The notes: generated by a model from the letters alone, not told the origin. 37,686 bases of DNA from Octopus bimaculoides (GCF_001194135.2 NC_068984.1:73849068-73886753); one strand, 5' to 3'. Counted from the first letter of the stretch, positions 1-13,031 are shown. A program made the numbers and translations.

Positions 1-50
<50 letters not shown>

Positions 51-82
51 CGAGAGAGAGAGAAAGAGAGAGAGACAGAGAG
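1..82. repeat. (AG)n microsatellite
   Basis: Direct reading; runs off the window start. Confidence 0.97.
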
Positions 83-413
83 AGGAGTGAATGAGTGGTG
101 GGAGTGGACCTCTGTTGCTGGGAGAGGAGGATTGTTATTTGAGCAACTGAGTTATCTGCTTCTGCATTAACATTTAAGTAGTTGAACATTCCACAGACAT
201 ATGTACCCGTAATGCAATACTTAGGTAGAATCAGCCTGACACAGAGTGTATCAGGACTCCACCTTTTGAATTAGAGTTATAATCCACCCGACATTTTTCT
301 TTGCAGTTTCTTTTCCCCTGTAGAAAATGACATTCTCCAAGAGGCCACGCTGTGAAATAGACCATAGACCTCGTGATTGCGAAATGAACCTTGAACCATT
401 CGGTTATACTACG

Positions 414-454
<41 letters not shown>

Positions 455-1089
455 TTCTGTATATGAGGATGTGCAAGTATACGTATATGTATGTATACAT
501 ATATGCATACATATATATATATATATATGTACGCTTATATGCATGTGGATGGCAGCATGTATAAAGATATTAAAAACAGTTCTAGCTTTTATCTTGGAGA
601 TCGCCGCTTCTGTGAGATTTAAAAAGGGGTGGTTCGCTCTATCCTATTCGTGGGTGGGGAAGCAAGATTATAATAGTAGCTCTGCGTAGGCTACCGGTCT
701 TGAAAGCTCGCCACAGGGTGTGTAGTTAAATGAATTATCGGGTAGAGGAAAATTATAGATGTACAACACACTCATTGAATTGACTGAAAGCTATGAGAAT
801 CAAAATGGAGGAAAATGTAAATGAGTAACAAAAGAAATGACGATGACAGAAATCAAGACCAAGAATGTTTTGTCTTTGAATGAAGCATGAAGCAATGGAG
901 TGAGTTCTAGACGTGTAAGATTAAGTATAATGGATATAGTTGTATACATTGGAAGCTAAATATATTTTCTTAGATAAGGTACAAAATCAGATATATGGAG
1001 GTCCTGATTAGTCATTTAAATCAGCCAAAGCGCTTGACTGGTTCTTTATATTATCGATGTACGGAAGCTAAAGGGAAACGTGATTCTGA

Positions 1090-1420
1090 AGGCACTTATT
1101 ACGAGTTTCCATCGTTGGAAAAGACATGTTATAGTTCCGACTAAATTGCACGATTAGTGGAGGGATCACAGCCTTCAAGTCGGACATTGCGATCGGTAGA
1201 AGTTCTATAATAGACGGAAGATTTTCAGTCCAAGGCCTCGGGATAATTTCCAGAAATCACTGGCCTGACAGTGATATCGAGGGACATTGCCGGTTCATGA
1301 ACTACTCTACAGGTATCGTAGTACCATCAACAGGACCTGCGCGAGATGTGCGCAGAGGGACAAAACCAGTCTACTCACGCTGCTTTAGTGTCCGAGCGTT
1401 GCTAAGTGATAGTGTTATGC
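1090..1420 (-). mobile_element. Possible highly decayed RTE-like LINE reverse transcriptase fragment
   Basis: Minus-strand frames give broken pieces such as QQRE*TGFVP and FWKLSRGLGLKIFRLL*NFY. These loosely resemble RTE RT segments (QxGFxP; LWxxLxxxGxxxxxxxLxxxY) but have many stops and shifts. Confidence 0.3.
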
Positions 1421-1897
1421 TGAAAGCTGCTGCTTCCTGCTAGATGGATCCGGCTCTTAGCGGACTCTTTCGTAAAGACCAAAAGGTAATATATTTTCTT
1501 GTTTTTTTTTTGTGTCGTTAAGGGCAGACAATTTTCATCCGTTGGGTGGTTATATACGAATGAGGTTTGAAGAAAACAAAACTTAACTTTCCTCTTCGGT
1601 TAAGCATTCAACACTTTTTATAATTCCACTTGAAAAGGAAGCTAAGGGTTGAGAAAGAAGTGCCGAATCCTTGCAGTAAATTTCTTGAAAGGAAACTGAA
1701 AGATGAAGATGGCCCAAGTACGTGGGTTTATTTTGGGCTTGCAGTCATAAGCTAAAGAGAACGATTGGCCGTCGGTATTTAAATCCTTTAACACATGTAG
1801 CAATTCAGTTTCCTGCTTACTCTTCGGTAGTACTCACTCCACTATTGGTAACTATGCTGTTACTACTGCTGAACAGCAGTTCAACCGTCTTTATGTT

Positions 1898-1975
1898 CTG
1901 AGCTTAAATTCTGCTGATGTTGACTTTGTCACTTATCCTTTCAAGGTCGACAAAATAAGTACCAGTCAAGCACTG
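1898..1975 (+). mobile_element. SINE family B, internal fragment
   Basis: gagcttaaattctgctgatgttgactttg...aaaataagtaccagtcaagcactg matches the core of the other family B copies, e.g. 6385-6465. Confidence 0.7.
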
Positions 1976-2405
1976 TGTATTTATGTGTGTGTGTGCGCAT
2001 GTGTGGTGTATGTGCGTGTTTGGTGTATATGTGTGTGCGTTTGTGTGCGTGTTTGGTGTGTGATGTGTGTGTGTAAGTCTCTGTGGTGTGTGTGGTGTGC
2101 GTGGTGTGTTCTTGTATGTGTATGTGGTGTGTCTGTGTGTGAGTATGTGCGTGTGGTATGTGTGTGTATTTGTGTGCGTGTATTGCTTGTATGTGTATGT
2201 GCGTGTGCCTCGGGTGCATATTTGTGTGTGTATGTGTGTGCGTGTATGTGTGTGCGCGAGTGTGTCGAGTGCATTTGTGTGTGCGCGTGTATGTGTGTGT
2301 TTGCGTGAGTGTGGTGTGTGTGTGGAGTGTAATTGTGTGTGTGGTGTATGTATGTGCATGTGTGTATGAGGTTATTTTATGCATATGTGTATATGTGTAT
2401 GGTGT
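1976..2405. repeat. Degenerate (GT)-rich low-complexity tract
   Basis: Cryptic GT/GTGTAT repeat; it produces the His/Thr and Val/Cys pseudo-ORFs at 1904-2430. Confidence 0.9.
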
Positions 2406-2469
2406 ATACGCCTATTTTATTCTTATTTGATTTTACTTTCTAGATTAAAACTTTATCACTTTATACCTG

Positions 2470-2640
2470 TTATGAGTTGTCCTATTTATCAGTTGTCCTA
2501 TATATATCAGTTGTCCTATATATATATATATATCAGTTGTCCTATATATCAGTAGTCCTAGATCTCAATTTTCCAGGTATGAGTTTGTCTGCTATGAGTT
2601 GTCCAGGAATGAGATGTCCTGGTATCAGATGTCTTGGTTC
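2470..2640 (+). repeat. Minisatellite: ATCAGTTGTCCT(AT)n units followed by ~15-bp CCAGGTATGAGxTGT-like units
   Basis: About five cagttgtcct-type units with variable AT spacers, then four diverged ~15-mers that share the tatgag/tatcag-xtgt core. Confidence 0.75.
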
Positions 2641-2689
2641 GGCTCCAGTCCAGTTAGCTAACAAAAAGGAATAATACCTATATATGTCA

Positions 2690-2846
2690 AAGGGCAAGTC
2701 TTGTCATATTCTGTGTCACACTGAATCTCATTGTGAACTGCTAAAAGCGTGGAGTGCTCAGTCAGTTGCACGTTAATTTCAGGAGCAGGTTGTTCTGTTC
2801 ACCGGATGAACTTGAACATTCTTTGACGTAACCAACAAGGTCACCG
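2690..2846 (+). mobile_element. SINE family C, 3' fragment
   Basis: gtggagtgctcagtcagttgcacgttaatttcaggagcaggttgttctgtt... matches the reverse complement of 24010-24180 and 37505-37686. Confidence 0.75.
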
Positions 2847-2968
2847 TATGCAGATAAAATTGATAATTGATAAACATCAATTATCATTTATTGATTATAA
2901 AAAGACAGAGTCTCATCTGACAGCTGTTTCATTTGGCGCTGTCGAAGGCATTGTCAGTCTTAATTACT

Positions 2969-3264
<296 letters not shown>

Positions 3265-3728
3265 NNNNNNNNNNNNNNNNNNNNNNNNNNNNNNNNNNNN
3301 NNNNNNNNNNNNNNNNNNNNNNNNNNNNNNNNNNNNNNNNNNNNNNNNNNNNNNNNNNNNNNNNNNNNNNNNNNNNNNNNNNNNNNNNNNNNNNNNNNNN
3401 NNNNNNNNNNNNNNNNNNNNNNNNNNNNNNNNNNNNNNNNNNNNNNNNNNNNNNNNNNNNNNNNNNNNNNNNNNNNNNNNNNNNNNNNNNNNNNNNNNNN
3501 NNNNNNNNNNNNNNNNNNNNNNNNNNNNNNNNNNNNNNNNNNNNNNNNNNNNNNNNNNNNNNNNNNNNNNNNNNNNNNNNNNNNNNNNNNNNNNNNNNNN
3601 NNNNNNNNNNNNNNNNNNNNNNNNNNNNNNNNNNNNNNNNNNNNNNNNNNNNNNNNNNNNNNNNNNNNNNNNNNNNNNNNNNNNNNNNNNNNNNNNNNNN
3701 NNNNNNNNNNNNNNNNNNNNNNNNNNNN
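3265..3728. other. Assembly gap (N run)
   Basis: Ns. Other gaps: 6700-6926, 7700-8075, 13326-14024, 19927-20026, 23462-23855, 26630-26686, 27143-27152, 30224-30519, 35762-36639. Confidence 1.
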
Positions 3729-3870
3729 AGTTTCCGTCTACCAAATCCACTCACAAGGCTTTGGTCGGCCCGAGGCTATAGTAGAAGACACTTGCCCAAG
3801 GTGCCACGCAGTGGGACTGAACCTGGAACCATGTGCTTGGTAAGCAAGCTACTTACCACACGTACTTATA
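3729..3870 (-). mobile_element. SINE family A, 5' half (tRNA-like head)
   Basis: Near-identical to the reverse complement of 29365-29505, with B-box-like GGTTCAGTCCC on the minus strand. Confidence 0.9.
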
Positions 3871-3871
3871 G

Positions 3872-3910
<39 letters not shown>

Positions 3911-4258
3911 CGTGTATACGTGTGTGTGTGTATGTATATATGTGTGTGTGCATAAGTATACACAAATATTTGTGTATATATGTGTATATGTGTGTGTGTT
4001 GTGTATCTCACCTGCTTTAATCTACTCGGTGTAACAGGTGGGTTAATTGTCTTTTTTGTTTATTTTCTTTTATTTATTTATTTATTTATTTATTCAATCT
4101 AAAATATGTAACCTTTTCTCTCGCATGCAACAGCTTGCGGCCCTTTTAAGAGATTGAGATTAGTGGCAAATGCCACGTTCCAGCACAGACTATAATACAG
4201 AGAAAGACACAAGTAGGCATTCTTTTTTTAGGTTATGTATGTTTTGTGTGCGCGTGCA

Positions 4259-4304
<46 letters not shown>

Positions 4305-4533
4305 TGAGTACGTATGTGTGTGTTTATGGGTATGTATATGTCTGAGTATGTATGTGTGTGTTCATGGGTATGTATGTGTCTGAGCGTGTGTGCGTTTTTT
4401 ATTATCCGTTTTCTCAGAGCTTTCTTCTCCCTCTATTATGGGTATGCGTGAATGTGCTTATGTGTATACATGTGTGTGTCTATGTGTGTGTGTGTGTGTG
4501 AGACTATGCGTATGTGTGTCCGTGCATGTGTGT

Positions 4534-4579
<46 letters not shown>

Positions 4580-4904
4580 CTGAATAGTGTGTGCCTCATT
4601 AAGCTTATGGCCAGCACAGCTGTTGCCAAAATATGTGCGCCTGTATACATGATTACATATATACACCCATATGCGTTCACCCTGATGCCTTCGACCGTAC
4701 CCAAATTACATACGGACAGACGCACACATATAAACACGAGCGCACACACACGCACACATAAGTACGTGTACACACATACAAATACACACACACTGATAAA
4801 CTCGCGCTTAGACACTGATACTCTAAAATTAATGTCATTTCTATACAGAGAAATACTCACAAACAAATCTGTGTGTGTGTGTGTTTGCGTGCGTTGTATT
4901 CGTG

Positions 4905-4976
<72 letters not shown>

Positions 4977-4992
4977 TGTATGTACGTATGTA

Positions 4993-5029
<37 letters not shown>

Positions 5030-5042
5030 TGCACATATATAC

Positions 5043-5195
5043 GAAAGCGCATGGCTCACTGGTTAGAGCGTCGGCCTCACGATCATGAAGTAGTGAGTTC
5101 GGTATTTTGTTCTTGTTCTTGAGCTTGACACTTTCTACCACGTTTCTCCTGTTCACTGAGCTGTAGAAATGGTGCCAAGTTGCATCGGCCTTTGC
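5043..5195 (+). mobile_element. tRNA-derived SINE 5' portion (head similar to family C)
   Basis: A-box-like TGGCTCACTGG and B-box-like GAGTTCG, followed by gttcttgagcttgacactt...ccacgtttctcctgttcactgagctg, resembling 36880-37010. Confidence 0.65.
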
Positions 5196-5269
5196 CATAT
5201 ATCTGTATATATATCTATGCATACATATGTATGCATAGAAGATCTGTGTGTATACTGTTATAAACTCTT

Positions 5270-5875
5270 TTACTCGTTTAATTGTGTCAGTCATTTGACT
5301 GCGGACAGTCTGGATCACCGCAATTAGTCGAATAAATCAACCACAGGACTTATTCTTTGTAAGCCTAGTACTTATTCTATCGGACCATTTTGCCGAACCG
5401 CTAAGTTACGGGGACGTAAACACACCAACGTTGGTTGTCAAGCGATGGGGATGGCAAACACAGACATACAGACATACAGACATATGCACACACACACACA
5501 CACGCACACACATATATATATAATACAAAAAATATATATGCATGTATACACACATATATGTATATACTTTCATCTACATGTGTATATAGATGCATATCAG
5601 GGTACAGGACGTTAGAACAATGAACTACAGACAACGGAACGAACACATAGGAAAACAGAAAGCCACTTGGAATTATTCATCAGCTGCCTCTATTCTAACT
5701 CGACGTTTCGAAGATTACGACAGGCTCCTTTCAATTTCCGTTCACCAAATCTACTTACAAGAATTTGGCCGTCCCAAGGCTATAGTAGAATACACTTGCT
5801 CGAGGTGCCACGCAGTGGGACTGAACCCGGAACCATGCGTTTGGGAATCAAGCTTTTTACCACACAGTCACGCTT
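5270..5875 (-). mobile_element. SINE family A, near full length, with internal microsatellite and extra insert
   Basis: The 3' half (5270-5460) and 5' half (5725-5875) each match the copy at 29355-29765; (AC)/(AT) repeats lie between them. Confidence 0.85.
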
Positions 5876-6066
5876 AGATGTGTGTATCATAAAATGTAAA
5901 GAAATATAAATGCCACACAATCACACATACTTAAACATGTATATTTGTTTATGATTTACTAATGAAATTCCAGTATGAATGGCTTTGTGGTTAAAATTAT
6001 CGCTTTCTGTTCATTCAATATGTGTATGCATGTTCATGCTCCTATGTGGGTGCATATGTGTGTGTA

Positions 6067-6101
<35 letters not shown>

Positions 6102-6157
6102 CTTTTTTGGCACCCTCCATCTGCCAATATTACAGCTATTACGTAATTCCGAACCCC

Positions 6158-6527
6158 AAGATACAGCCAGTAGTTTTTGAGCGGAGGAGTAAGTCGATGA
6201 CATCGACCTCCAATACTTGACTGGTACTTATTGTATCGATCTTCAAAGGCTGAAAAGCAAAGCTGCCTTCGGTGGAATTAATTGTACACTAAATAATAAT
6301 ATAAATTGTAATACAGGCCGGCCGGCTGGCAGAACCGTTACAACGCTAGAAAAAGTGAACAGTGGCATTTCTTCTGACTTTATGCTCTGAGTTCAAATGC
6401 CATCGGGGGCGACTTTGCCTTTCATCCTTTTGGGGTCAATAAAATAAGTACCAGTTGAGCACTGGGGTCTATGTAATCGATTTGCACGGTCCCCCACAAT
6501 TTCTGGTCTTGTGCTAAAATTTGAATC
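6158..6527. mobile_element. SINE family B inverted pair, head-to-head (6158-6280 minus; 6315-6527 plus)
   Basis: Both carry the tttcatcctt..gg.gtc.ataaaataagtaccag core, in opposite orientations. Confidence 0.8.
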
Positions 6528-7000
6528 AGATGCATTCATCCAGACACACACACACACACACACATATATATGCATGAACTGTGACACACCAGTTCGTTTT
6601 TAGCAGCCAATGTAGATTAGTTCATCTGCAGTTATCGAAGAGAGTGTCAAAAGGCTTTAAGGAACTTGGTAGGTGCATTTTCCCATATTTGTGGTCTATN
6701 NNNNNNNNNNNNNNNNNNNNNNNNNNNNNNNNNNNNNNNNNNNNNNNNNNNNNNNNNNNNNNNNNNNNNNNNNNNNNNNNNNNNNNNNNNNNNNNNNNNN
6801 NNNNNNNNNNNNNNNNNNNNNNNNNNNNNNNNNNNNNNNNNNNNNNNNNNNNNNNNNNNNNNNNNNNNNNNNNNNNNNNNNNNNNNNNNNNNNNNNNNNN
6901 NNNNNNNNNNNNNNNNNNNNNNNNNNGGAAGAAGATGCATAATTTTAGTTTCGCTGTCTGTCTCTCTGATGGTTATGTATTGTGTAGACCTTCAATTTAA

Positions 7001-7534
7001 CCCATTAACTGTTAAATTATTTTAATTCATATTTTTGGGCTATGCCAGGTGTCTTAGGAGTTAAAATAGTATATAGTATTTAAATTTTCTTCATTTGTGA
7101 ATTATTTTGGAATTTATGATAAATTTTTCGAAAAGTTCCAAATGAGGATCGCTGAAAAAATGCATATTCATCGTTTTCTATTCAATTGCAATAATAAACA
7201 TTTTAGTTTGTTTTTTTTTAACTATAGTATCAAATGCGAATGTGTATGAAATATCAATGAATGATAGAGATGGGAAATGCAAAAAGAAAAGAGAAGAAAA
7301 AAAGACGTTTTCAAAAGAGTCATTATTTTTGTAGTTCAAAACTGGCGATTTATGACATAAAATGTCCTCTAGAATTAACACGGGCGAATAATGACAAACT
7401 TTAGCTACTAAATATTGTTAAACACATCTCTGCAAATGCAATATACATTAGCAAGTCACTTTAAATACAACGTTCAACCGGCAGTGATACTGTTTTTAGC
7501 AGATCCCCAAATAGGGCTCATGGCAGGCAAGGGG
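7001..7534. mobile_element. Possible piggyBac-type non-autonomous element (MITE)
   Basis: TTAA at 6997-7000 then CCCATTAACTG; at the other end CAGGCAAGGGG then TTAA at 7535-7538. The termini match at 8 of 11 positions. Confidence 0.35.
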
Positions 7535-7653
7535 TTAAAAGTCAAACTGTTTTTGTTGTATCATAAAAATGAAAAATGCACCTTTAACACACACACGCAC
7601 ACACACATATACATCCCCTGACACATATATATGTATGTATATATATATATATT

Positions 7654-7699
<46 letters not shown>

Positions 7700-8102
7700 N
7701 NNNNNNNNNNNNNNNNNNNNNNNNNNNNNNNNNNNNNNNNNNNNNNNNNNNNNNNNNNNNNNNNNNNNNNNNNNNNNNNNNNNNNNNNNNNNNNNNNNNN
7801 NNNNNNNNNNNNNNNNNNNNNNNNNNNNNNNNNNNNNNNNNNNNNNNNNNNNNNNNNNNNNNNNNNNNNNNNNNNNNNNNNNNNNNNNNNNNNNNNNNNN
7901 NNNNNNNNNNNNNNNNNNNNNNNNNNNNNNNNNNNNNNNNNNNNNNNNNNNNNNNNNNNNNNNNNNNNNNNNNNNNNNNNNNNNNNNNNNNNNNNNNNNN
8001 NNNNNNNNNNNNNNNNNNNNNNNNNNNNNNNNNNNNNNNNNNNNNNNNNNNNNNNNNNNNNNNNNNNNNNNNNNNTATGTATATATTCATATATCAACGC
8101 GT

Positions 8103-8240
8103 CAAGCTGCAGAATCGTTAGTACGCCGGGCGAAATGTTTAGCGGCATTTCGTCCGTCTTCACGTTCTGATTTCAAATCCTGCCGAAGTCGACTTTACCT
8201 GTCATACTTTCGAAGTCGATAAAGTAAATACCAGGTGAGC
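8103..8240 (+). mobile_element. SINE family B, 5' two-thirds
   Basis: gcagaatcgttagtacgccgggcgaaatgtttagcggcatttcgtcc...tttcaaatcctgccgaagtcgacttt; A-box and B-box-like motifs. Confidence 0.85.
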
Positions 8241-8379
8241 ACATATATATATATGGGTGGGTACGTAGGTACTGGCAGAGATGTGCGGTTAAGATATTCA
8301 CTTCACAGTTACATCGTTTCAGGTTCGGTACCACTTGAGGGAGTTAAATGCAAGGTTATGAGCTGAAGTTAATTACAAA

Positions 8380-8530
8380 GGGACCACTTTACAAAGGAAC
8401 CACTTTACAAAGGTAAAGGAGCAAGAGTAACTGTACAAGGTTAAGGTGACGCTATAAACAGGAGCAAGTTTACATTTCTAGGGGTGAGGCTATAAATAGG
8501 AGTTAGTTTACAGTGTTAAAGGTGAGACTA
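8380..8530 (+). repeat. Imperfect minisatellite (16-bp TTACAAAGG(G/A)ACCACT units, then ~35-bp GGTGA.GCTATAAA.AGGAG units)
   Basis: Direct reading of short tandem duplications. Confidence 0.6.
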
Positions 8531-8814
8531 GTACAGGTGAATTGATATTTTATGATATTTCATAAAATATGAATGTTGTGACCTCAGATTGGTAGCGATT
8601 ATGAACGATTGGTTGCAGGTCAATGCGTTGTCACACGGCTGGGAAGAGAAGGGGAGAAAGAAAGTGCGAAGGAATATTGTGCGAGAGAGATAGATAGAGT
8701 GAGAGAGAGAGAGAGAGAGAGAGATAGGGAGAGAGAGATAATAAAGTGATGAGGAAAGACTCGGAGAGTGTGAGGTCATTAGAGACGGTGAGAGAAAGAA
8801 AGTCTGGGAAAAAC

Positions 8815-8896
8815 AAAGAGAAAATAAAACAATAACAGATTGAGTGAACGCTCTTTCACAAAGATGGGAAAAGTAAAAAGGAGAGAAAGATATATG

Positions 8897-8941
<45 letters not shown>

Positions 8942-9130
8942 GACGGGAAAGAGAAAGCGGGGAGAAAGATGGGTCGTGAGGTAGAGGCCAGGAAGAGAGG
9001 GTGTTAGAGGGCGACAGAGAAAGGAAGAAAATCAACAATAGCATCAGATAGAATAAATGTTTATTCATGAAGAATGGAACGGTTAAAGAAAGAAAGGAGA
9101 GTTACAGAGTTATACACACACACATGCAGA

Positions 9131-9183
<53 letters not shown>

Positions 9184-9347
9184 TGTGAATAAAAGGCAAT
9201 ATGAGAGGGTTTTGGAGAAAGAAACGAAAATAAAAAATACAATAATAACAACGAATATCGCAAATGCTTATTCATGAAGAATGGAAGGGTAAGAAAGAAG
9301 AAAAATCTGAGCGAGTGAGTGCGATAGATAAACGGACAGACACAGAT

Positions 9348-9405
<58 letters not shown>

Positions 9406-9410
9406 GTAGG

Positions 9411-9440
<30 letters not shown>
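8815..9440 (+). repeat. Degenerate ~207-bp tandem repeat with embedded (GA)n/(GATA)n
   Basis: TTATTCATGAAGAATGGAA.GGT at 9061 and 9268; a weaker third copy lies near 8853. Confidence 0.65.
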
Positions 9441-9447
<7 letters not shown>

Positions 9448-9851
9448 GGATAGATACGTGCATGTGCGTGTGTATGATAACAATAACAACAAAAGGGAGC
9501 AAATAAACAAAATTCGTATCAATGAGAACAACAACATCAGCAACAATGACGGCGGCTACAATAAAGACTCAACTGAAAGACAAGAAAGCAAGCCAAGCCA
9601 AACCGAATTTATAAAAGAAATTTCAAAATAATGATTTCTAACACAGGCACAAGACCACTGATTTTGAGGTGGATTTGGTACATTTAAACGACCTTTGAAC
9701 TCCTCCTAGACATCGTTTTACTGAACCTTAAGAAAGTAGGATTCGAACTTACAATGTAACGATCTATAGAGCAGATATTAATCCATGACTTCTATCAACC
9801 GCACTACGCCATCACTCTTGCGATAATCGTTAGCATGAATATCGATATGAG

Positions 9852-10308
9852 CTTCAAATTTTGGCACATGGCTAGCAGTTTCGGAGAAAGGGGTTAAGTC
9901 ACTTACATTGATACCAGTATTTGACTGGTACTTATTTTATCGACCCCGAAAGGATGAAAAGGAAAGTCTATATCAGCGGAATTTGAACTTAGAAAGTGCA
10001 AACGGATGACATACCGTTAAGCATCTTGCCTGGCGTGCTAACGATTCTGTCATGTCACCGCCCTTCCATAGCATGAATATTAATGTTATTATCAAAAAGG
10101 AAGGCGTACCAGCTGCATCGCTTGAGTGTCGAAAATATCTGCCGTATATTTCTTCAGGCTCGATATGTTCAAATTCCACTGAAGTCAAATTTGTTTTTCA
10201 ATCTTCAGATAAAATAAAGTACTAGTCAAGTACTGAATTTGATGATGTCGCCCTACCCTCTACGCTCAAAATTATTGGCTTTATATCTCAATCAGAAACA
10301 AGTATCAT
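9852..10308. mobile_element. SINE family B inverted pair, head-to-head (9852-10062 minus; 10110-10308 plus, more decayed)
   Basis: ctggtacttattttatcgaccccgaaaggatgaaa (minus copy) versus ttcaaattccactgaagtc...aaaataaagtactagtcaagtactg (plus copy). Confidence 0.75.
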
Positions 10309-10399
10309 GTTGAAGATAATGAAAGATGGATGAAAGTGAGAGCTAGTAATGAGTGAATTATGAGAGGAGATTAGAAGGGCATCACGACCAAGATGATGC

Positions 10400-11250
10400 T
10401 GGGAGAATGGTCTTCGATAATTTCTTCAGCGTAATATACGAAAGTTTTCATTGTTAGAACTAAGGCGCATGCTCCAAGAAATGAAGGCCGTTTGATGCAT
10501 GCAATGTACCGAAGACGTTAATGAACTTTAGTGCCTCGGCTCAAAGATAAGAAGCAAAGTGTTACGGAAGACCGATACGTTTAGCAGAAAGTGGTTAATG
10601 ATAGATAAATTGCCTGGAGTGGACGGTCCTGCAAACTTTACGAATATATGCCAGATTTGTTCATTCATGTCTTGGCAGACAACTACCACAACTGGAAGTA
10701 GAACGAGTGAATTACAAATCTTGTAATTCGGAAAGTACTATCGTCGAAGAATAATGTAAGCAAGGGAATTATGGATACTTTCCGCCCATAATTCTACTGG
10801 ATCAAATTTTTTAGATTTTAGCCAATGAATCAGCAAATAATTTGGTGCTTGTCACCTGACTATGGGCAAAAATGCACAAAACCTTTCAATACCAGACCGT
10901 TCAATTCACGACAGCCCCCATCTTGTGTCATACATCACATAAAAAGTAATCTGTCAAACCTGGTTTTCGGTGGAGTTCTGGCCAATTTAGATGAACCTGA
11001 AATATTCATTCGATACTTAGATTCATCTCATTGAAAAGAAGTGTAGTCTTGAGTCAAGAAAGGACTAAAGAATGACGCCTGGACTGTTGTCAGAAGCTCA
11101 TAAACTTCTATTAGTACGGCATTATGGCCAGTGGAACGTCTAGTTAGTTTTCTAGGGAGAACTATTTGAGATGAAGAACGACAGCATTTTCGAGAAAACT
11201 CTAGGCGTTAACGAAATCCGCTGGTTGGTCTGCTCACAAAATCTTCTGAC
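10400..11250 (+). mobile_element. Decayed L1/Tx1-like non-LTR retrotransposon RT fragment
   Basis: Frameshifted translation DKLPGVDG / LYEYMPDLFIHVLADNYHNWK*NE*I...KGIMDTFRP / IILL...ILA matches the KSPGxDG...NFRPITLLN..KILAK block before RT domain 1. Confidence 0.55.
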
Positions 11251-12008
11251 CCGGGATGTATGTATATAATATTCAGAAATTCCTAGCCACGTACAGCTAT
11301 TAGTAAATATTGCTGCCCCGCTATAAATATAGAAGTGCTGTCAGGTTGGCCTCTCCATGATGCTCATTGACACATGAAACCATTCACGCACTCATTCAGT
11401 ATACGAGATTTGCTATCATATGAGGTTTTGTCGAACAGCTGCTGCATTGGGCTGATCTGACAATCGACCACGTCTCTGTCATGAAGATCAGTTTGTCTTG
11501 AAGATTATCCTGCTGCCACCGTTTAACCGAAAATGTCAGACTACTTTCTAATGATTGGGAGTTATGGCGAAAGTTTTAGAATGACACTTAATAGCTCAAC
11601 ATAACACGAGAGTTCCTTAAAGAAAATTTTGGAATTTCCAGCCAGGAGCAATAAACGAAGGTAGTGACAGCGTAATCATGAACATGACATACCCTGATCG
11701 ATGCAAATGCACGTTTAATTTGTACATAGATATCTTGTTTTTAATTATTGTTTAATCGAATTGTTTTTTATTTAATTGATGTAATTTATGATGAATAGCG
11801 TCTTAAGCTCCTCCCCACTTCTTTGTATAATTTGTCCGTCCTACCCTATACGTCTTTATAAGTTCTTTGTTTAACGCTTCTTCGTACTTTTACTGTGTTT
11901 AAGTTTGAATATATTACTATATTTCTTCCGACTGTTTGAACATATCCAACCGAGGGAGGTCAACTTTGAATTTCATCCTTTTGGACGATAAATAAAGTAC
12001 CAGTCGAT

Positions 12009-12033
12009 TCTTCTTCTTCTTCTTCTTCTTCTT

Positions 12034-12064
<31 letters not shown>
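12009..12064. repeat. (CTT)n microsatellite
   Basis: Direct reading; follows a short family B fragment at 11947-12006. Confidence 0.95.
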
Positions 12065-12281
12065 TACCCTCCCTCTCTAACATGAACTAGGATACGTTGA
12101 GCTGTGAGACTGGAAAAGTGTTGAATGAGAGACTAGCAAATATTTCTCATTTAAAATATCACTTCCTGCTTTATATATGTTTCTTCTGCCGACATCTCTC
12201 GGGTATGATGAGACATATGTCATATTCTGTTGATTATAGGATTTGTGTGGGTTTTTTTTCCCAATTATATCTTTCAAAACT

Positions 12282-12692
12282 GAGCTGATAAGCTCGTTAG
12301 AGCGTCGGACAAAATGCCATGTCATGTCTTTCGCAACTCTTTACGTTCTAATTTCAAATCCCACCGAGGTCAACTTTGCACTTCATGTCCTTTTCGAGAT
12401 CATTAAAATAAAGTACCAATCAAGTACTGGATTAATGGAATTGAGTAACCTGTAGTCCCTAAAAACTATTGGCACTGTTCCAAAATTAGAAATTTAGTTT
12501 CAATTTCGGCACAATGTCATCAATTTCGGGAAAGGTGGTCAGTCGATTACATTGATCCCAGTGAGCCTCTGGTACTTAATTCATCGACCCCGAAAGAATG
12601 AAAGGTAAAGTCGACCACAGCAGCATTTGAACTCAGAACGTAAATACGGACAGCATTTTGTTCGGCGTGATAACAATTCTACGCTCACGGCC
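12282..12692. mobile_element. SINE family B inverted pair, tail-to-tail (12282-12495 plus; 12497-12692 minus)
   Basis: Two near-complete copies abut at ...ccaaaattagaaatt|tagtttcaatttcggcac... Confidence 0.85.
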
Positions 12693-13029
12693 TTTCTTTG
12701 TAAACTAAGAACAACTGGGAACGCTGCAACGTACATGAAAAAAATTGGGCTTTACATCTTTTTATGCATTCTTAAAGATTTGTTTCAGATTCTTAGCCGT
12801 AAACTAGTCTCTTAGCACTCGTAACACTGCAAGACATTCTGCCAATTTTTGCGCTGTCTTTAAACCTCTCTATAATTTAGAAACACGCCAATGACCATAA
12901 AAAGTGGAAAATAGCTGTTGAGGCCCTATGCTCCACAAGGGGCAAAAAGGATTGATAGATAATTTAGTAGCAATCTTGTGCCAATGTTAGAAATATTTTT
13001 AAACGATAAAGTGTGTTTCACTCACACAC

Positions 13030-13031
13030 TT

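Noticed and set aside
2470-2560. Repeat-spacer appearance resembling a CRISPR array
   Set aside because: The spacers are only (AT)n of variable length, the context is eukaryotic and there are no cas genes.
6600-6680. Possible small exon (tttttag...GAACTTG|gtaggt) reading SQCRLVHLQLSKRVSKGFKELG
   Set aside because: The splice-like signals could arise by chance, there is no recognisable protein similarity, and I found no compatible neighbouring exons.
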